From Bilabrum cf. latius (lineage: Eukaryota): a DNA stretch of 64,000 nucleotides. How positions within the stretch are numbered: position 1 is the stretch's first letter; each line of letters starts with the position of its first letter. Both the position numbers and the translations under genes were made by a program. The notes beneath the pieces are model-generated. The model ran no database searches and was not told the origin of the DNA. It saw nothing but the letters and a program-made list of their open reading frames with translations. Below are positions 12,101 to 25,600 of the stretch, in pieces. The stretch spans positions 930,001 to 994,000 of the forward strand of contig OZ237737.1 in NCBI GenBank assembly GCA_965178125.1, in the 5' to 3' direction.

Positions 12101-15100
12101 GGCCTGTCAGTGCCGCCGCTCTCGTCGGACACCAGGATGATGCGCACGTCGCCGATCGTCGTGGCCCCGTAGTTGTCAGTGGCGTTCACCTTCACGGTGT
12201 ACACCAGGCGCACGAACTGACCATCGTAGATCTGGTCCGTCCAGCTGATATCGGCGGTCGCGTTGGGCGCCTCAGTCCAGTAGAAGCGACCAGCGGTGGC
12301 GTTGCCAGGCTCTCCACCCTCGATGCCCACGTAGTTCTTGCGGGTGATGTCGGAGCCAGGCCCGGGCAGGTCGCGATGCACCACTCCGGTGGAGCTCTGC
12401 AGCAGCTGCACGAACACAGTCGAGTTCACGTCCTCGTCCTCCACAGCGATCGTGTCGGTGCCGATCCAGGCCATGTCGGCCAGCTGCGAGAAGCGAGCCG
12501 TGATCTCCTGCGTGTCCTCGGGGAACATCGGGGCGTCGTTGCGGTCTTCCAGACGGATCGTCACAGCCATCTGGGAGAAGATAGCGGCATTCACCTTCGA
12601 AGTGGCCCGCACTTGCAGCTTGTACTCGCTGAAGCGCTCGAAGCTCAGCCCGCCGGCAGGACCCACGTGCAGTGTGCCGTCATCCGGGTCGATCGTGAAC
12701 AGTGGCTCTCCGTCGGGGCCACCCACCTCAGCGTCCTGATCCATCGAGAAGATCGAGTACTCCGTGTCCTCGTCCTTACCCTCAGGATCGATAGCCGTCA
12801 GCTTCGCGTCGGGGAAGGCAGACCCAGGGGCAGCGTTCTCGGGCACAGTCCGGATCGCCTGGGTGAAGTTCATCTGCTCAATGAACAGCGGGGGCTCGTC
12901 CACGTCGATCAGGTACACCGGGATACGGAACTCGGCTCCCTGCTCGGGCTGCTGCAGGGGGGTGGCACGCACCGTGATGAACTTGACAGGGTCCGTCTCG
13001 TAGTCGAGGGTGCGTCCACGAGCCAGGTACACCTGACCGCTGCAGCCGCTGATGTAGAACAGCGTGTTGCCATTGTCATCCTAGTAGCCATCGGTCAAGT
13101 TGTAGATGAGCGTGATGGCATCGGATGCGTTGGTAGACACGGAATCAGCGATGGGCAGCCCGATCGGGGTGTCTGCGGTGGCGTCCTCGCGGACCTCGAG
13201 CGGGGGGTGATTGGAGTCAAAGGTGGGCGGGATCAGCTTGCATTGCACGCCCTGGCTCGACCAAGCCACCTCTCCGTTGCCTTCATGGTTGCACATGGCA
13301 GACTGCTCGGACACGTTCTTTGGCAGGAAGCCCTCGGCGCAGCCCCACGTGCACCCGTTGCCCTTGTACCCACGCACGTTCAGGCACGACCTGCCGGCAC
13401 CGCAAGACGTCGAGACGCGATAGTTGTCGAAGTAGGCAGTGCCGTACACGTACATGCCGGCAGTACCAGCCTGGATGTCGTTGCGGTTGAACTCCCACAA
13501 AGGCTTCGTGTCGTCTAGGGTCTCTTCCTCGTTGGCCGTGAAGATCTTGTCGGGTGTATCGTCACCATCCTTGTTCCTAAGCCCATTCTGAGGTCCCCAC
13601 AGCGGCGAGAACTGCCCATCATATCCGTAGTACCTGTCGATGTCGTTGCGCACCTCGTGGGTGTCCGAGGTGGCGTCCTCCTTGGCCATGCCGTGGGTGG
13701 CATCAAGGGGCAGCAGCCACACCTTGATGTTCTGGGCCTTCACGCGGGCACGGATGATGAACTCAGCGTGCAGGTTGCCGTGACCAGCAAGGCGAGCCTA
13801 CTCCCGGGCATCGTCGAAGAACTGCTCGAATGTGATGTTGCGGTAGCCGTTGAAGCGAGCATCGGCAATGCGCTGGGGCACATAGATCGGGGGCTTGTCT
13901 GCAGTGTAGTAGTAGATGCTGCCGAGATACGTGGAACGACCATTCACCTGCATGATCAGGTATAGGTACCACCAGGTGGACCCGTAGTACGTATACTGCA
14001 CGCGCAGATTGGTGCGGTCGTCGGTCATCTTGAATGCAAGGCCACCGTAGCCGTATTCGAGCTGCATGGTGGCCTCAACCGTCACAGTCTGCTGGCTGTC
14101 GCCGGTGTCAAGCCACGCTGGGTTGTCCTCGGCGTAGTAGATGGTCGAGTACGTGCACGCGCGGGGGTCCATCTTCAGTCGGCCGTCGGATGTCGTGGAG
14201 AAGTAGACGCCGCTGAGAGCCGGGTTCGTGCGGGGGAACATGCGGAACGTGCGCATGGGTCCACTCGTCACACTGGCAGAATCGCCGTTGAAGTCGGCCG
14301 ACACCACGGTGCGGTAGCAGCCGGCTGTGAAGGCGGGACCCTCGGTCATCTCGCAAGTGTTCTCGCAGATCAGGTCGTGGGCAGACCAAACGGCATTCTG
14401 GCAGGTCTTGGTGGCCACGCCGCCCACAGGCTTGCCCTGTCCTGACGCGCAGGATTGTGTGCATTCACCGTTCTCGAATGGCACTCGGCAGTAGTAGTCC
14501 GTGCTCGTCGCTCCCACGATACCGTGACCATTCGTGGTCTCTTCCGCAGGAGGGCAGCCTCCCGTGCCCCACTTGTTGCCGAGGTAAGAGCGCAGTCGGT
14601 TCTCATCCAGATAGTTGGACGAGTTCACGATCCCGAACTCCATCATGATTCCTTCGAAGCCGTTAAAGGAGGCACCAATCTGGAGAGGGTAGGAAGACCC
14701 ACTGGAGTACATCCTTTCTTTCTCGGCGTTGGGCGTCCCACTTGGCTGGTCAATGTAGTAGTAGAAGCTCCCGGCGTTGTCAACGAAGCCGTACTGGAGG
14801 CCGGACGTGCTGAAATCGATCTCAGCGTATGTGTACGCACGGCGAAGCTGCGATAAAGCGACAAAAACTAGACAATTAAAAAATGAAAATGTGCTGGACA
14901 ACTCGTGGATGCGACTTGTTTTGAGCAGGCCTCTCACACCGCTGGAGAAGGACGAAATTTGGATGCGTCCCATGTACACTTTGTAGTTCAACGAGCTTGC
15001 CGTATTTGGAAGAGTTGTTGCCCCGATGTAACGGGAAGAAGTAGTCTGACCGGAGGACACAACGAAGCCAAACCGTGCGCTTGAGAAGCTGACTTGCTGG

Positions 15101-15995
15101 AAGAGCTCCCAGTATGTCCTCTTCTATCCGGTCGCGAATGCCTCGCCTTTCCTGATCATAGTTCCACGGTTCACAGTATACCATGAAGAACCAAGCATGT
15201 AGATCAGGTGACCCTGCGGCAAACATGAAACAAGGGCACTTGACGAAACTTGCTACGTATGAAATAATGCCAACGGACTTCAGCCGGTCTCCGAGTCCAG
15301 TCGCACTGCCAGCAGTGCTGGCAGTCTCACGTTAGTCCCTGACCCAACCAAATCCAATAGGTCGTCGCTTGGGGTGGTCATGTAGTCTCTTCCCAGCGAA
15401 TCGAAGAACATGCCGCTGCAATGTACAAAATTCAAGGGGGAAATCATTGAACAGCATTCCGCACCTTCGCGGCATGGGTGCATCAAAATCTGCAAAAAAA
15501 ACCAACGATGAGCTCACGGTTGGCACTGCAGTCGCCGCGTATAGGTCGTAGGTCTGTTGGACGAGCTAGGCTGCGCAAAAATCCGAGTAAGGGCCTAACG
15601 AAAGTGAGAAGGAGTGGTGGGTACGGACCAATGATTCTGCAAAGAAGGATCCCTTGCGTCTCTCACTTGAGACATCGTCCGACCCCGCCAACTCTTCCAT
15701 GTAGAAGGATAGGTGTACGAAGTCTTGGAGAACGAAGTGGCTGCGAGAAAGTTGCGTTGAACGACCAAAGTCGCAGTGGTTGCTGTTGGTGACGTCGCAG
15801 CAAGCACTCCTGTTGGCGTAGACTTTTCGAGCACTTTCACACGAGATTTAGAGAACCTAGGCATTTGAACCACCCCTGCATAGACTTACTATCCCAAAAA
15901 TCAACCATTTTGATGGCCAGTTCATTCGGTGGCACCATCTGAGCAGCTACAACAGTGCAGGCAGCAGCAAGAAACATTGCACCGGAAGCCGCCAT
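3178..15995 (-). CDS. Gene B: ~4087-aa cell-surface protein (signal peptide, N-terminal beta-rich region, two sushi/CCP-like Cys modules, ~3 cadherin repeats, many IPT/TIG-like repeats, Cys-rich region, 9 TM segments, cytoplasmic tail); nonagonal-cadherin-like
   Basis: ORF pieces ending at 13798, 13081, 11503, 6715, 3829 and 3178 are in one frame and separated only by TAG; a further TAG lies at 15124. The terminal codon is TGA at 3178. ATG at 15995 has an upstream in-frame TGA. Introns at 15741..15889, 15571..15666, 15416..15517, 15214..15330 and 14848..14937 give a spliced length of 12264 nt, divisible by 3. Cadherin motifs LDYE, DVDEPP, DRNDAP; repeated GxNFG...VxVxGQ IPT-type motifs; nine hydrophobic segments at ~3890-5250. 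Confidence 0.9.
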
Positions 15996-16602
15996 GACTG
16001 ATATCTCCGCTGCGAACCACGTTCGTGGTGTGGCTCAGAAGCTCAAGAATGTGTTGTTAGCTTGTCAACTATTGGGCACAAAGGAATGCCCGCTGGTATG
16101 AATGAATAGCAGACGAAGCTGCTTGCAGAATGTACGGCCAGCAAACACATCTGCGGCCAAACATTCTGATCTGGTTTAGGTCGCTCAACCACACCTTATA
16201 TTTAGTTGGTCGCAAACCTTGGATATCCAAGTTCTATTACATTTGGTCAAATATGGGGTGGGTGGAACGAAGAGTTTGGCTGCAATCATAGCAATTCCAC
16301 ACAAGACACATCTCAGCGCTGGATCGGAAATCAGACAGGTTCGAAACAGTTCGAAGCACCCATGACGAAAATTTACGCCAGGATGCTCGCAACCTGCTTG
16401 GATCGAACTGCTGCAGACCGCATCCACTGGTCCAATGCCAACGTTGACTGGTGCCGAAGTAGCAAATCGGCACACAACCACGAAGCAGCCTTGGCCAACG
16501 AGCTGAACGAGCCTTGCTCCCTCCACACCACATAAAAATGCAAGCTACTGCATAAGAAACACCACTCCGGTGGTGCTAAATAAATAAAGAAGCAGGAGTA
16601 CC

Positions 16603-19600
16603 TTACACCTGAGATTCGTCCTGACTTGCACGACCTGGGTCCTCCGTGTGCTCAGCCTCCCCTGACGACTCCGCACGCCTCTGCTCAACTTCAAGTTCAG
16701 ACTGGGCTCGCGCTTTACCTACAAGCGGGTTGTGCTGCATGCTCGTTGTAGCACTGCGGCCCCCAAGAAGAGAGCGCTGCGAGCGGCCCTTGCCACCACC
16801 GGGCTTGGAGACGAGCAAGCTGCCTCGCCTGGTCGCGCTCTGCCCGAACCGCTTCTTCTGCCTGCCAGAGCCAGAGTCCTTCATCCTGCGCCTGGCCGGG
16901 GTCGTGCTGCTGCCCCCGCTGGTGGGCGCGGAGGTCCGGGCGGCATCCACCTGTTGCTGCTGCAGCCTCTCCTTGAGCTGCTCCACGGAGCCGTGCAGGC
17001 TATTCATCCACAGGCGGACGCTGGGCCACATCTCCTGCGGGGGCGGGTGTTCCATCGCCAGCATCGTGTCCACTGAGAACGAGGCACCCACGCCGCTGGC
17101 CGAGGCGCCCTTGCTGTTCATAGCTTGCATCATCAGTGGGTTGCTGGCCATCTGTAGGTCATCCTCGCCGTCATCTTGAAGCATCTCGGCGCCCTTCTTG
17201 CCGCCCTTGCCGGCCTTGGCGACGTCGTGGGCGTTGGCCCGCTCAGCGATGGACTTGCAGCACCCGCACGACTGCAGCGTAGCGGCAGCGTGGTCCGGCG
17301 CGACGCCGAAGTAGATGTCCAGGGCCAGCACGATCAGGGCATACATAACGATGACCACGAGGATGAGCACCGTCGCCCACGTGATGGCGTCGTACTCGCT
17401 CTGATAGTAGTCGATCTGGTCGGGGTCGAATCGGCTCGAGGCCAGCATCACGGCGGCGAGGCATACGAGGATACCGCAGCCCAGCAGGAAGGCCTCGACC
17501 TGGTTGTAGTCCAGCAAGTACTTGACGATCTGCTCGCCGACGTGGTTGGAGGAGCGTCGCGAGTCCAAAAGAGAGTCTACCTTGTGCGTCCGCTTGTAGT
17601 TCTTCTCCAGCATAGCCTGGATCTCGGACTCGATCCGGGCGTGCTCGATGCTGGTGAGCACCTTGATCCTGTGCTCGGCGATTACACGGCCTTGGTCGCC
17701 ACGAGACATGAAGGGCTCGTGGCGGATCTGCAGCACGAAGGCAGCGAACAGGGCCAGCATCAGCACGCTCATCTGGTACGTCGGGGAGACACGGAACACC
17801 AGAGCAATGGTGGCGATGGCGAACTTGCGGGTAATGATCATGATCATCCAAGCGCTGCTCCCGGGCTTGAATGGGTAGTAGAGCTGGTGCCACGTCTTGC
17901 GGAAGTGGTACAACTTGCTCTTGTTGTCGTTGCCTGTGCCTGCCGCGCGCAGGATCTGGTCGTGCTTGATCGAGTTTTTGTTTGATCGAGCGAACCAGAA
18001 CATGGCCAGAGGCAGCACGATGCTGTATCCCAGGAATGCAGCCATGCCGAAGGGGAACAGGACCAGCTGTTTGGAGCCTGGCTGCCAGCACGGGTAGTCA
18101 AGCAGACCGTCCATGTAAGTCACTCCCTGTGGGTCCGGAGGAGTCGTCTACAGGCAGCTCACGGTGCTGAGAGCAGCCTGAGTCACAAACAGGTAGCACA
18201 CGCGCGACAGGATGATGAGCGAGCTGATCAGCTGCGGCGCATGGGCGTGTAGGTGCTCCTTGCCCTTGCTGGTGCAGCACATCTTGTAGATCAGGCGTCC
18301 CAGATACACCGAGAAGAACAAGATAACCACCACGACCGGAAGAAGCACAGTGGCTGCGAACTTCTGCTCGTAGGTCACATCGGGTTGGATGCACTCCGGG
18401 GCCGCCAGCTCGACGTTCAGGTTGAAGGCGGACAGGATCTGGAAGAAGCGCTCCAGGACCGGGGGCCAGCGGATGCGTGCGTTGGAGAACAGAGCCAGCA
18501 CCTGGAAGGTGTCAGCGCAGATCATGATCAGCACGTTCTTGATGCCCTTCCTGTTGAGAATGAAGCCAGCGGTCCCTGCCATCATGGCGGCGATTCCCAT
18601 TCCCACGAAGATCAGCCACGGCCTGTCAGGGCACTTCCTGCACTCACCACCGATCCGATAATGGGTACCCTTTACGCACTGCGAGCAGCGATCACCCGTG
18701 TATCCATCGGAGCAGGTGTTGTTGCCGACACAGGCCCACGTAGGCTCGCACGGTGCCGTGTACATGCACTGCTGCTCCCTGAGCACCGACAGCTCGTGGA
18801 ACTCGTCGCGACCTGGGTGGCAATACCTCGTGTCCTTGTCGTCGCCACTCGTGACGTTGTAGTCAAGTCTCCAGAATCCTTCGTCGCTCGTGACCAGATC
18901 CTCGTACGACTCGCCGCCGGGGCACACAGCACCGATGCGCTCCTCCTCGCAGTTCACGCAGAACTCGCCCACAAGCCCGTAGAAATCCTTCTCGCACTGG
19001 AAGAACACCAGCTCCTCGTATTCGTAGATGATGTAGGGCTCTGTGCGGTTTGCAGCCAGAATGGTCATGTTCTTAAGGCCCACGCGGTCGCGCTAGGCCT
19101 CGCACTGCAGTAGCCCGTCGTTCAGCCACTGCGGCTCAATGCATTCCAGACCACCGATGACAATCTCCACAAGTGTCGGCTCGCCGCCGAAGTTCTTACC
19201 GCGGATACGCACCTCGTCTCCGTCAGCGTTGGGCTCAGAGCTCTGCACGGCCATCACGACTGGCGGGTCATACGCGAAGATTACTGGCTCGGGTGCCTCC
19301 TCGACCACCACCATGCGGGAGCCGCTTGGGTCTGAGCTGTCAGGCACGTACTCGATGCGATCATCCTAAGATGACCTGCCGTTTACAGACACGGTCACAG
19401 GGAGGTTGTCACCATAGCCAGCTGGAGCGCGACACACGATCCTAAAGTGGGAATGCGAACCCACCCTGCCCGGGATCTCATTGTCGGCGGCGAGTGGGCA
19501 GTCCCACTCGCCTACGCGCACACTCACGTCACCGTCGGTGCCGAACGACTCGCCAACCAGCTCTAGGTAGAACTGGCCAATCGTGTCGTAGCACTCGGCG

Positions 19601-22600
19601 GGCGCCTTGCGGCAGTGCCTCGTGTACGTCCCAGTGGCAGCGTCATACGTGTTAAAGCAGCGATCCACGTCCTCACAGTCCTCGGGGTCTCGCTCAAAGT
19701 TCTTGACGCCATACAGCCTGGGTGGGTCAAACACGAAGCTGATGCGTGGGTTAACATCCTCAGGTGAGTTTGCCGACGACTGCCCGCCGACCCACACCAC
19801 GATGACCATGTCGTTTGACATGTAGCTACCGCGCGGGATGGGGAAGCGCATGTGCGTGTGGTTCTGCGAGACCATGTCAGACGGTCCAACCAAGAGCGAG
19901 TCCTCGGACAGCGGGAAGCCTGGCGAAGGGCCTGTGGCCCGAGTGAAACTCTGCAGCTCCCGCCGCCCTGCCTGTGGGGGCACGTAGAACTCAATCCACG
20001 CGGATCCCTCGAGTCCAAAGTCCATGCCAGCCAGCGTTGCGATCACCGCATCCTCCGAGGTCATGCCCTCTCCCGACTCCAGCTTGGCCTCCTCGATCTC
20101 CAGCAGGCCCTCGAAAACGTCCCACATGGCAAATGGGTTCTCTCGAGTCTCATTCATTGTCGGGAGCACCACCCTCTGTCCGCTGGTGGGAGCAGAACGA
20201 GGCCACAGAGACTGCACCACGGGTCGGTTGTAGGCGTACCTCACGATGGGAGATGATTCGTCTGACTGCATAGAAGAATCAACTAGCGCGCCGGCGGGTG
20301 CCTCCTCCGATATGTCACTGGACTGTCCTGCCAGTGCCACATGAACTGCAAGGTCGCGAGACTGTCCTGCGGGAGTGCGGCACAGCAGCGACGAGTGCTG
20401 GGCATTCGCTGTCCAAGGGTCCCTCACAGCGTCAATTGTGCACTGCCTGCCGCCGATGAGCACCTCCAGAGACGGGTCTGCGGGACCACCAGGGCCGAAG
20501 TTCCTGCCCTCAATTCGAACTAGGGCATCCCCCGCGGTGGGTGCGGGGCCAGCTGCACTACCGGGCACGAACGCCTCAGCGGAGATCGACGTGACGATGG
20601 GCTGTCCGTACCGCAGCCCGCGCCTGCCCTCGGAGAATTGGTCCGTGATCGCGACAGTAAGTGCGCGCACAGTACCGGCACCAGGGCCAATTACAGCCTC
20701 GATCGCATTGTGCGTGTGCTGGTGGCCCAGGCTGGCGTTGTGGACTACTTCCACCTCGGGCAACGCCACAAGCGGGGTGGCAAGCGACGATGTTCCGAAG
20801 TTGAGGCCCTCCAGACGTACGCGGCAGCCGCTCGTAGGCATACCGCGGCGGGGTCTGGGCAGCGCTGGCGGCGTGCCTGTGGAGCCATCCGCCTCGAAGT
20901 CGAGCCACGCCTGATCGTAAACCTCCGAGTCGAAGAAGCGGTCGGCTGCCAATAGGTCACTGCCGGCGGGCAGGCCCGGGTAGTCCTCCAGAGTGATCAC
21001 GCGAGCCACCTGCGGCTTGCCGTAGGACACAGTAAGTCCACTGTCTTCTCGGCTGGTAGCCCCAGTCACCGCGATCAGCACGACGTTACCAGCTCCAGTT
21101 CCCTCCGGCATGAGGCAGCTGAGGGTCGAGTACGTGGTGGCCTGGGTGTTGTCAGGGCAGCACGATCCACTGGAGCACGTACGACCGTCAGTGGGCTCCT
21201 GGCAGGGGTTCACTGCAACATTGGAGCACATACGTCCGCCGATGGTGACGTTGAGCTGGTCCAGGGGCACGCGGTTCAGGTCTGCCACACCGAAGATCTC
21301 GAACACCATGCGGTTACCGGTGGCAGGGTCAATGGCATCTGTGGGCACGTTCTCGTAGTCATTGGGCTGGTTCCTGCCATCGAAGGAGGGGATAGGCTCG
21401 GCGAACCCGAACTCATTGGACACCTGTCCGCCCACCACAAGCTGCACGATGTGCTCCCTGGAGGCATCCTCGGCTGGATCTTTCCGATACAGAACCACGA
21501 TCTCGGAATGCGTCCAAGTCCATGAATCTACCGGCAGCCCATCGATCCGCACGGACCCGCAGCCGTCCTTTCCGTTGCAAAAGTTCTCGCCCTCGATGAT
21601 CACACGCAGCGATGTCTGCGCCTCGAGGCTCTCGGGGTCGATGCCGAAGTCAGTCAGGATGCGATCAGGGGCGATGTTCTTGATCTCGGGCTTGCCGAAG
21701 TCAAACAGAGCCACGTTGGACAGCGCGTTGCCAGCACCGATGGTCAAGAAGAGCTCTCGGTCCGTGCCATACCCCTCGGGTAGACTGAACTCCACCTGGT
21801 GCAGTCCACGGTGCTGCACAATGCGCTCATCGGTAACCCTTGGCCTGGAAAGACCAGCCACCCACTCCTTCAGAGTGGCGTCGTCTTCTACGCGAGCCAT
21901 GTCGGCCGCATCCTGATCGTCGTTGTACATGCTCAATGGGTAGGGATACCCTGCCGGCTGCAGTGTCCTGATGCCAGACGATTGCCTGGCTCCGTCCTCG
22001 CCCCCGAGTCTCGAGAGGACGAGGTATCTCCGCATGTCTGCTGGAATGCCGTCAGTCTCACCAGGAGCAAGGCTGCTCGAGTCAAGCACTCGCATGAAGC
22101 GAGAGTCGTCGTTGTCCATGAGACCGTCCGCATTGAAACGGATGCCCACCGCAGCCGAGTTCCAAGCCAGTCCCAGGTTCGTACCGGTAACAAGAACAGT
22201 GACATCGCCTTCCGTTGGTCCTGAGATCGGCTGGGCTGCCAAAACGCGGGGCGGCGCATACCGGGTCACAGCGGCGGAAGGCTGGCTGGCCTATCCACCC
22301 ACGCGCACGATCCATTTCATGGCCTATCCCGGAGGACCTGGCACAGTGAGGCACCGCAGTGTGAAGTGGTCCTCGTAGATTGAGCAGTTCAGCGCGGTGA
22401 AGCCGGTGCCTGCAGGCCCGTACGTCACCTCCTCCAAGTGCTCTGCAACGGAGAAGTTCATTCCATGAATCAAGACCCAGTCGCCACCATCTGTGCTCAG
22501 CTCATTGATGGGCAAGCTGCCCGACTCGCTCTCGAAGCTGGAGATGTGCGGCGGCGAGTAGGACGTTGTGGGGCTCACGCTTTGCAGTCTGTCAACAGTC

Positions 22601-25600
22601 ATGCGCCACCTGAGGCCTTCACCGGCACCCACCGCAGTCAGGCACCGCACCACCTCATGCGCCTGGAGCACAAAGCAGTCAGTGGCACCAAACTCGACGT
22701 CGAGCTCCTCGCTGCCGTAGACGGCACGATCCACTGGCGTGCCGACAGGCCCGAAGTTCCTGCCTTCGATGTCCACGATCTGGGAGCCGTTCGTGTATGC
22801 GAGCTGGGAGCCTGGCCCCTTGTATATCGAGATAACCGGCGGGTGGTAGCTGGACATTGCTGTCTCCTGGGGGCCAGATGTCTGGCCACCGACCGATGCA
22901 GCCCACACCAGCTTGTCTCCGCTGCCCTCGGCTACCTTGCACTCGATCTGGACGTGTGCCACAACCACGCGGCAGCTCACCGCCGCAAAATACGGCCAAG
23001 TACGGCCATGTGTGTCGTTCAGGCGACCATACACTGCAGTGGGCAGAGTTGCAGCTGTGCCCAAAATCATCCCTTCGTCGTCCACCTCAGTCACTGGGCC
23101 AAAGTAGTTGCCGTTCAGAAGGATGGCAACATCTCCGGAAGTCGGTGCGTTCACGGCGCCTGGCCCGCTCACGCTCTTGAGCACAGGTGCGCTGTACCTC
23201 GTGGTATCAGCACTGGCAGCACTGGCTAAACCAGCCACAGCCACTCGCCATCTATGGCCCATGCCAGTACCAGCAGAAGGCTCGCACACCATCACGCGGT
23301 GAGCACGATTATCCGGCACCCTGCACACCAGGGCCTGGTAGACGAAGCCATCGTTGTCCTCGATGGCAGCCCGCTAGTCGGCGATCAGCTCCAAAGAGTT
23401 GGGGGCAGCACCAGCAGCATCCACTCCGGCAGCATCGCCAGCGACGTAACTCGCCGAGTAGAAGGCCAGGACGTACTAAGGACCCAGCCCAGCAGGACCC
23501 ATGTTTGCGCCCTCGATGGTGATGAGGCCAGCATCAGAGCCGCCACGCGTGTCGAGAGGTTGGACGCCCATTGCAGGCGCAGACTCGTTGAGCAGAGGCA
23601 TGCGAACTGCGGTGATGGACGGGCGCATGTACCTCAGAGTCGTGTTGGAGAACTCTTCAGAGCGCTGCTGACCCACATCCACGGTTAGCACGAAGCTGTG
23701 ACCCGCGCCTGGCACCACATCGCACCTGATCTCAGTGTGAGCCACCGATACCTGGCATCCGGTAGTTTCCAGGTTGAGGGTAGCAGCACCATCGGCGCGA
23801 GCCATCACGGAGCTCTGCGCGCCGTACCGCAGGCGCTGTGCAGGCATAGCATCACGGGCGGCCTAGGGCAGGTCACTGCCGATAGGACCAAAGTCTGTGC
23901 CGGTGAGCACAATGGCGTAGTCACCAGAAGTGCCGACGGAGCCGCCCTCAGTCGGGAGCACCCCATCGTCAGATCCATCTGCTGCCCCGAAGCTGGAAGC
24001 CGCAGCGGTGATCACAGGCGGGAAGAAGGATGTTCGCCGGAAACGCTGCATCGGCAGCAGCGCGCCAGTCTCGGGGTTCCTGTCAGCGGTGCCGGCGTCG
24101 GCGCTGCCGGCCAGCACGCGCGAGGACACGTTCTGCAGTGAATTCGCCATCTGATCCCCGTTCACCGTCACAGTCCAGAAATGATCCTTACCATATCCCT
24201 CGGGTACGGTGCACTTGATCTTTGTGTTGGCTTCCACGACCGAGCACCCGGTTGCGGTGAACTCAGTCCCGGAGGGCCCGAATGTCACAGCGACTGTTGT
24301 GGGGTTCTATCCCACCTCAGCAGAGCTGCCCTCCCGCAACAAGCGGTCGGCAGTCTTTCCGAACGATGCACCCCACAGCTCCACTTCCGCGCCGCCGCGA
24401 GTGCTGAACATGGCGTCCATCTCTCCGTGGGAGGCACCGTACATGGTACGCCCAGCCGAGCCAGACTAGGATACGAACACGTTGTAGCCAAGATGGCTGG
24501 TCTCAGTGGCTTCAGTCACGTGTACTGAGGTGATTGCCACGTCGTTGTCATTGAGAACGGTAAGACTGATGGTGGTGTTAACAGCGATCGGAAGCGCTTC
24601 CAAGTCAGAGTCCTAAACGATCGCGATGATCTCGTACGAGTCTTGGTTTTCCCAGTCCAAGCGAGCCCCCGCACGGAGTCGGATCACGCCCGTGCCGTCG
24701 ATCTCAAAGAATGAGGTAGATGGTGAGTTAGGGTCCAGCGAGAACTGCATGCGGCCCCATGCACCGCTATCTTCATCGCTGGCTACCACGCGACCCACGA
24801 TGGTGCCACTCGCGGCCATCTCGCGCACTTGCAGCTTCTCGCTAGCACCAAGAGTCGTGCCATCAGGCTTCTCGATGCGCTCGATCACGCTAGGTTCGTT
24901 CTTGTCCTCCACAATCAGCCGTACGAACGCATCGTCATGGTTGGAATCGGTGTCGGTCGCTCGCAGCACCAGGGAGTACTGGTCGGCGGCCTCATGATCT
25001 AGCACAGAGGCAAGTGCGACACTGTCGATGTTCGTGCTTGAGGGCTGGAACAAAAGCATCGAGGCTGCGGCAGATGCACCCGCGCCGAACCACGAATAGA
25101 CCAGGCTGTCACCGAATCCGTCTGCCAAATCCTCATCAGACGCACGTAGCGCGCCATCCTCGGAGCCCCTCAGGATCGTGCCTACTGGCTCGCCCTCCAC
25201 GACTCGAAGCACGTACTCATCGGCGCTCGTCTATCCGCTGGGGAACACAGGCGCCTCCTGCACCTCGGTCACTGTGATAATCACCGTGCGAGAGGCTGAC
25301 AGCGGGGAATCCGGGTGGTCGTCCACTGCGGTCACGATGGCCTCATACCGGTTAAAGAGACCCACTCGGGGGCCTTCAAAGTTAACGCCGCCCTCGGCTG
25401 CAGCCACCTTGATGCGAGCAGTACCCACACCATCCGGGCCAGCACCTTCAACGGTCTCGATCTCGAAGGGGAACGGCCTGTTGACGTTGGGCCCACCCGG
25501 GCGAAGCGAGTACGTAAGCTTCTGGCCCTCGCTACCATCAGCATCTGCGCCCATGACGATGCCTACCGGCGTACCCACGGCCGTGTTCTCCGCGAGGGAG

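Noticed and set aside
14848-14937. Treating this stop-free 90-nt stretch as coding, as the ORF track does
   Set aside because: It has GT..GCAG ends and T-rich content, and matches the position of an intron in paralog A (323..409) that contains an in-frame TAA.
15595-15597. An additional TAG in gene B
   Set aside because: It falls inside the predicted intron 15571..15666, so it was not counted as evidence.
16206-16535. Plus-strand 109-aa ORF between genes B and C, and a ggttcgaaac T-loop-like motif near 16338
   Set aside because: The ORF has a non-ATG start and no recognisable motif. The T-loop-like motif lacks a pairing stem and cloverleaf, so it is not a tRNA. No suppressor tRNA-Gln(CUA) was seen in the window.
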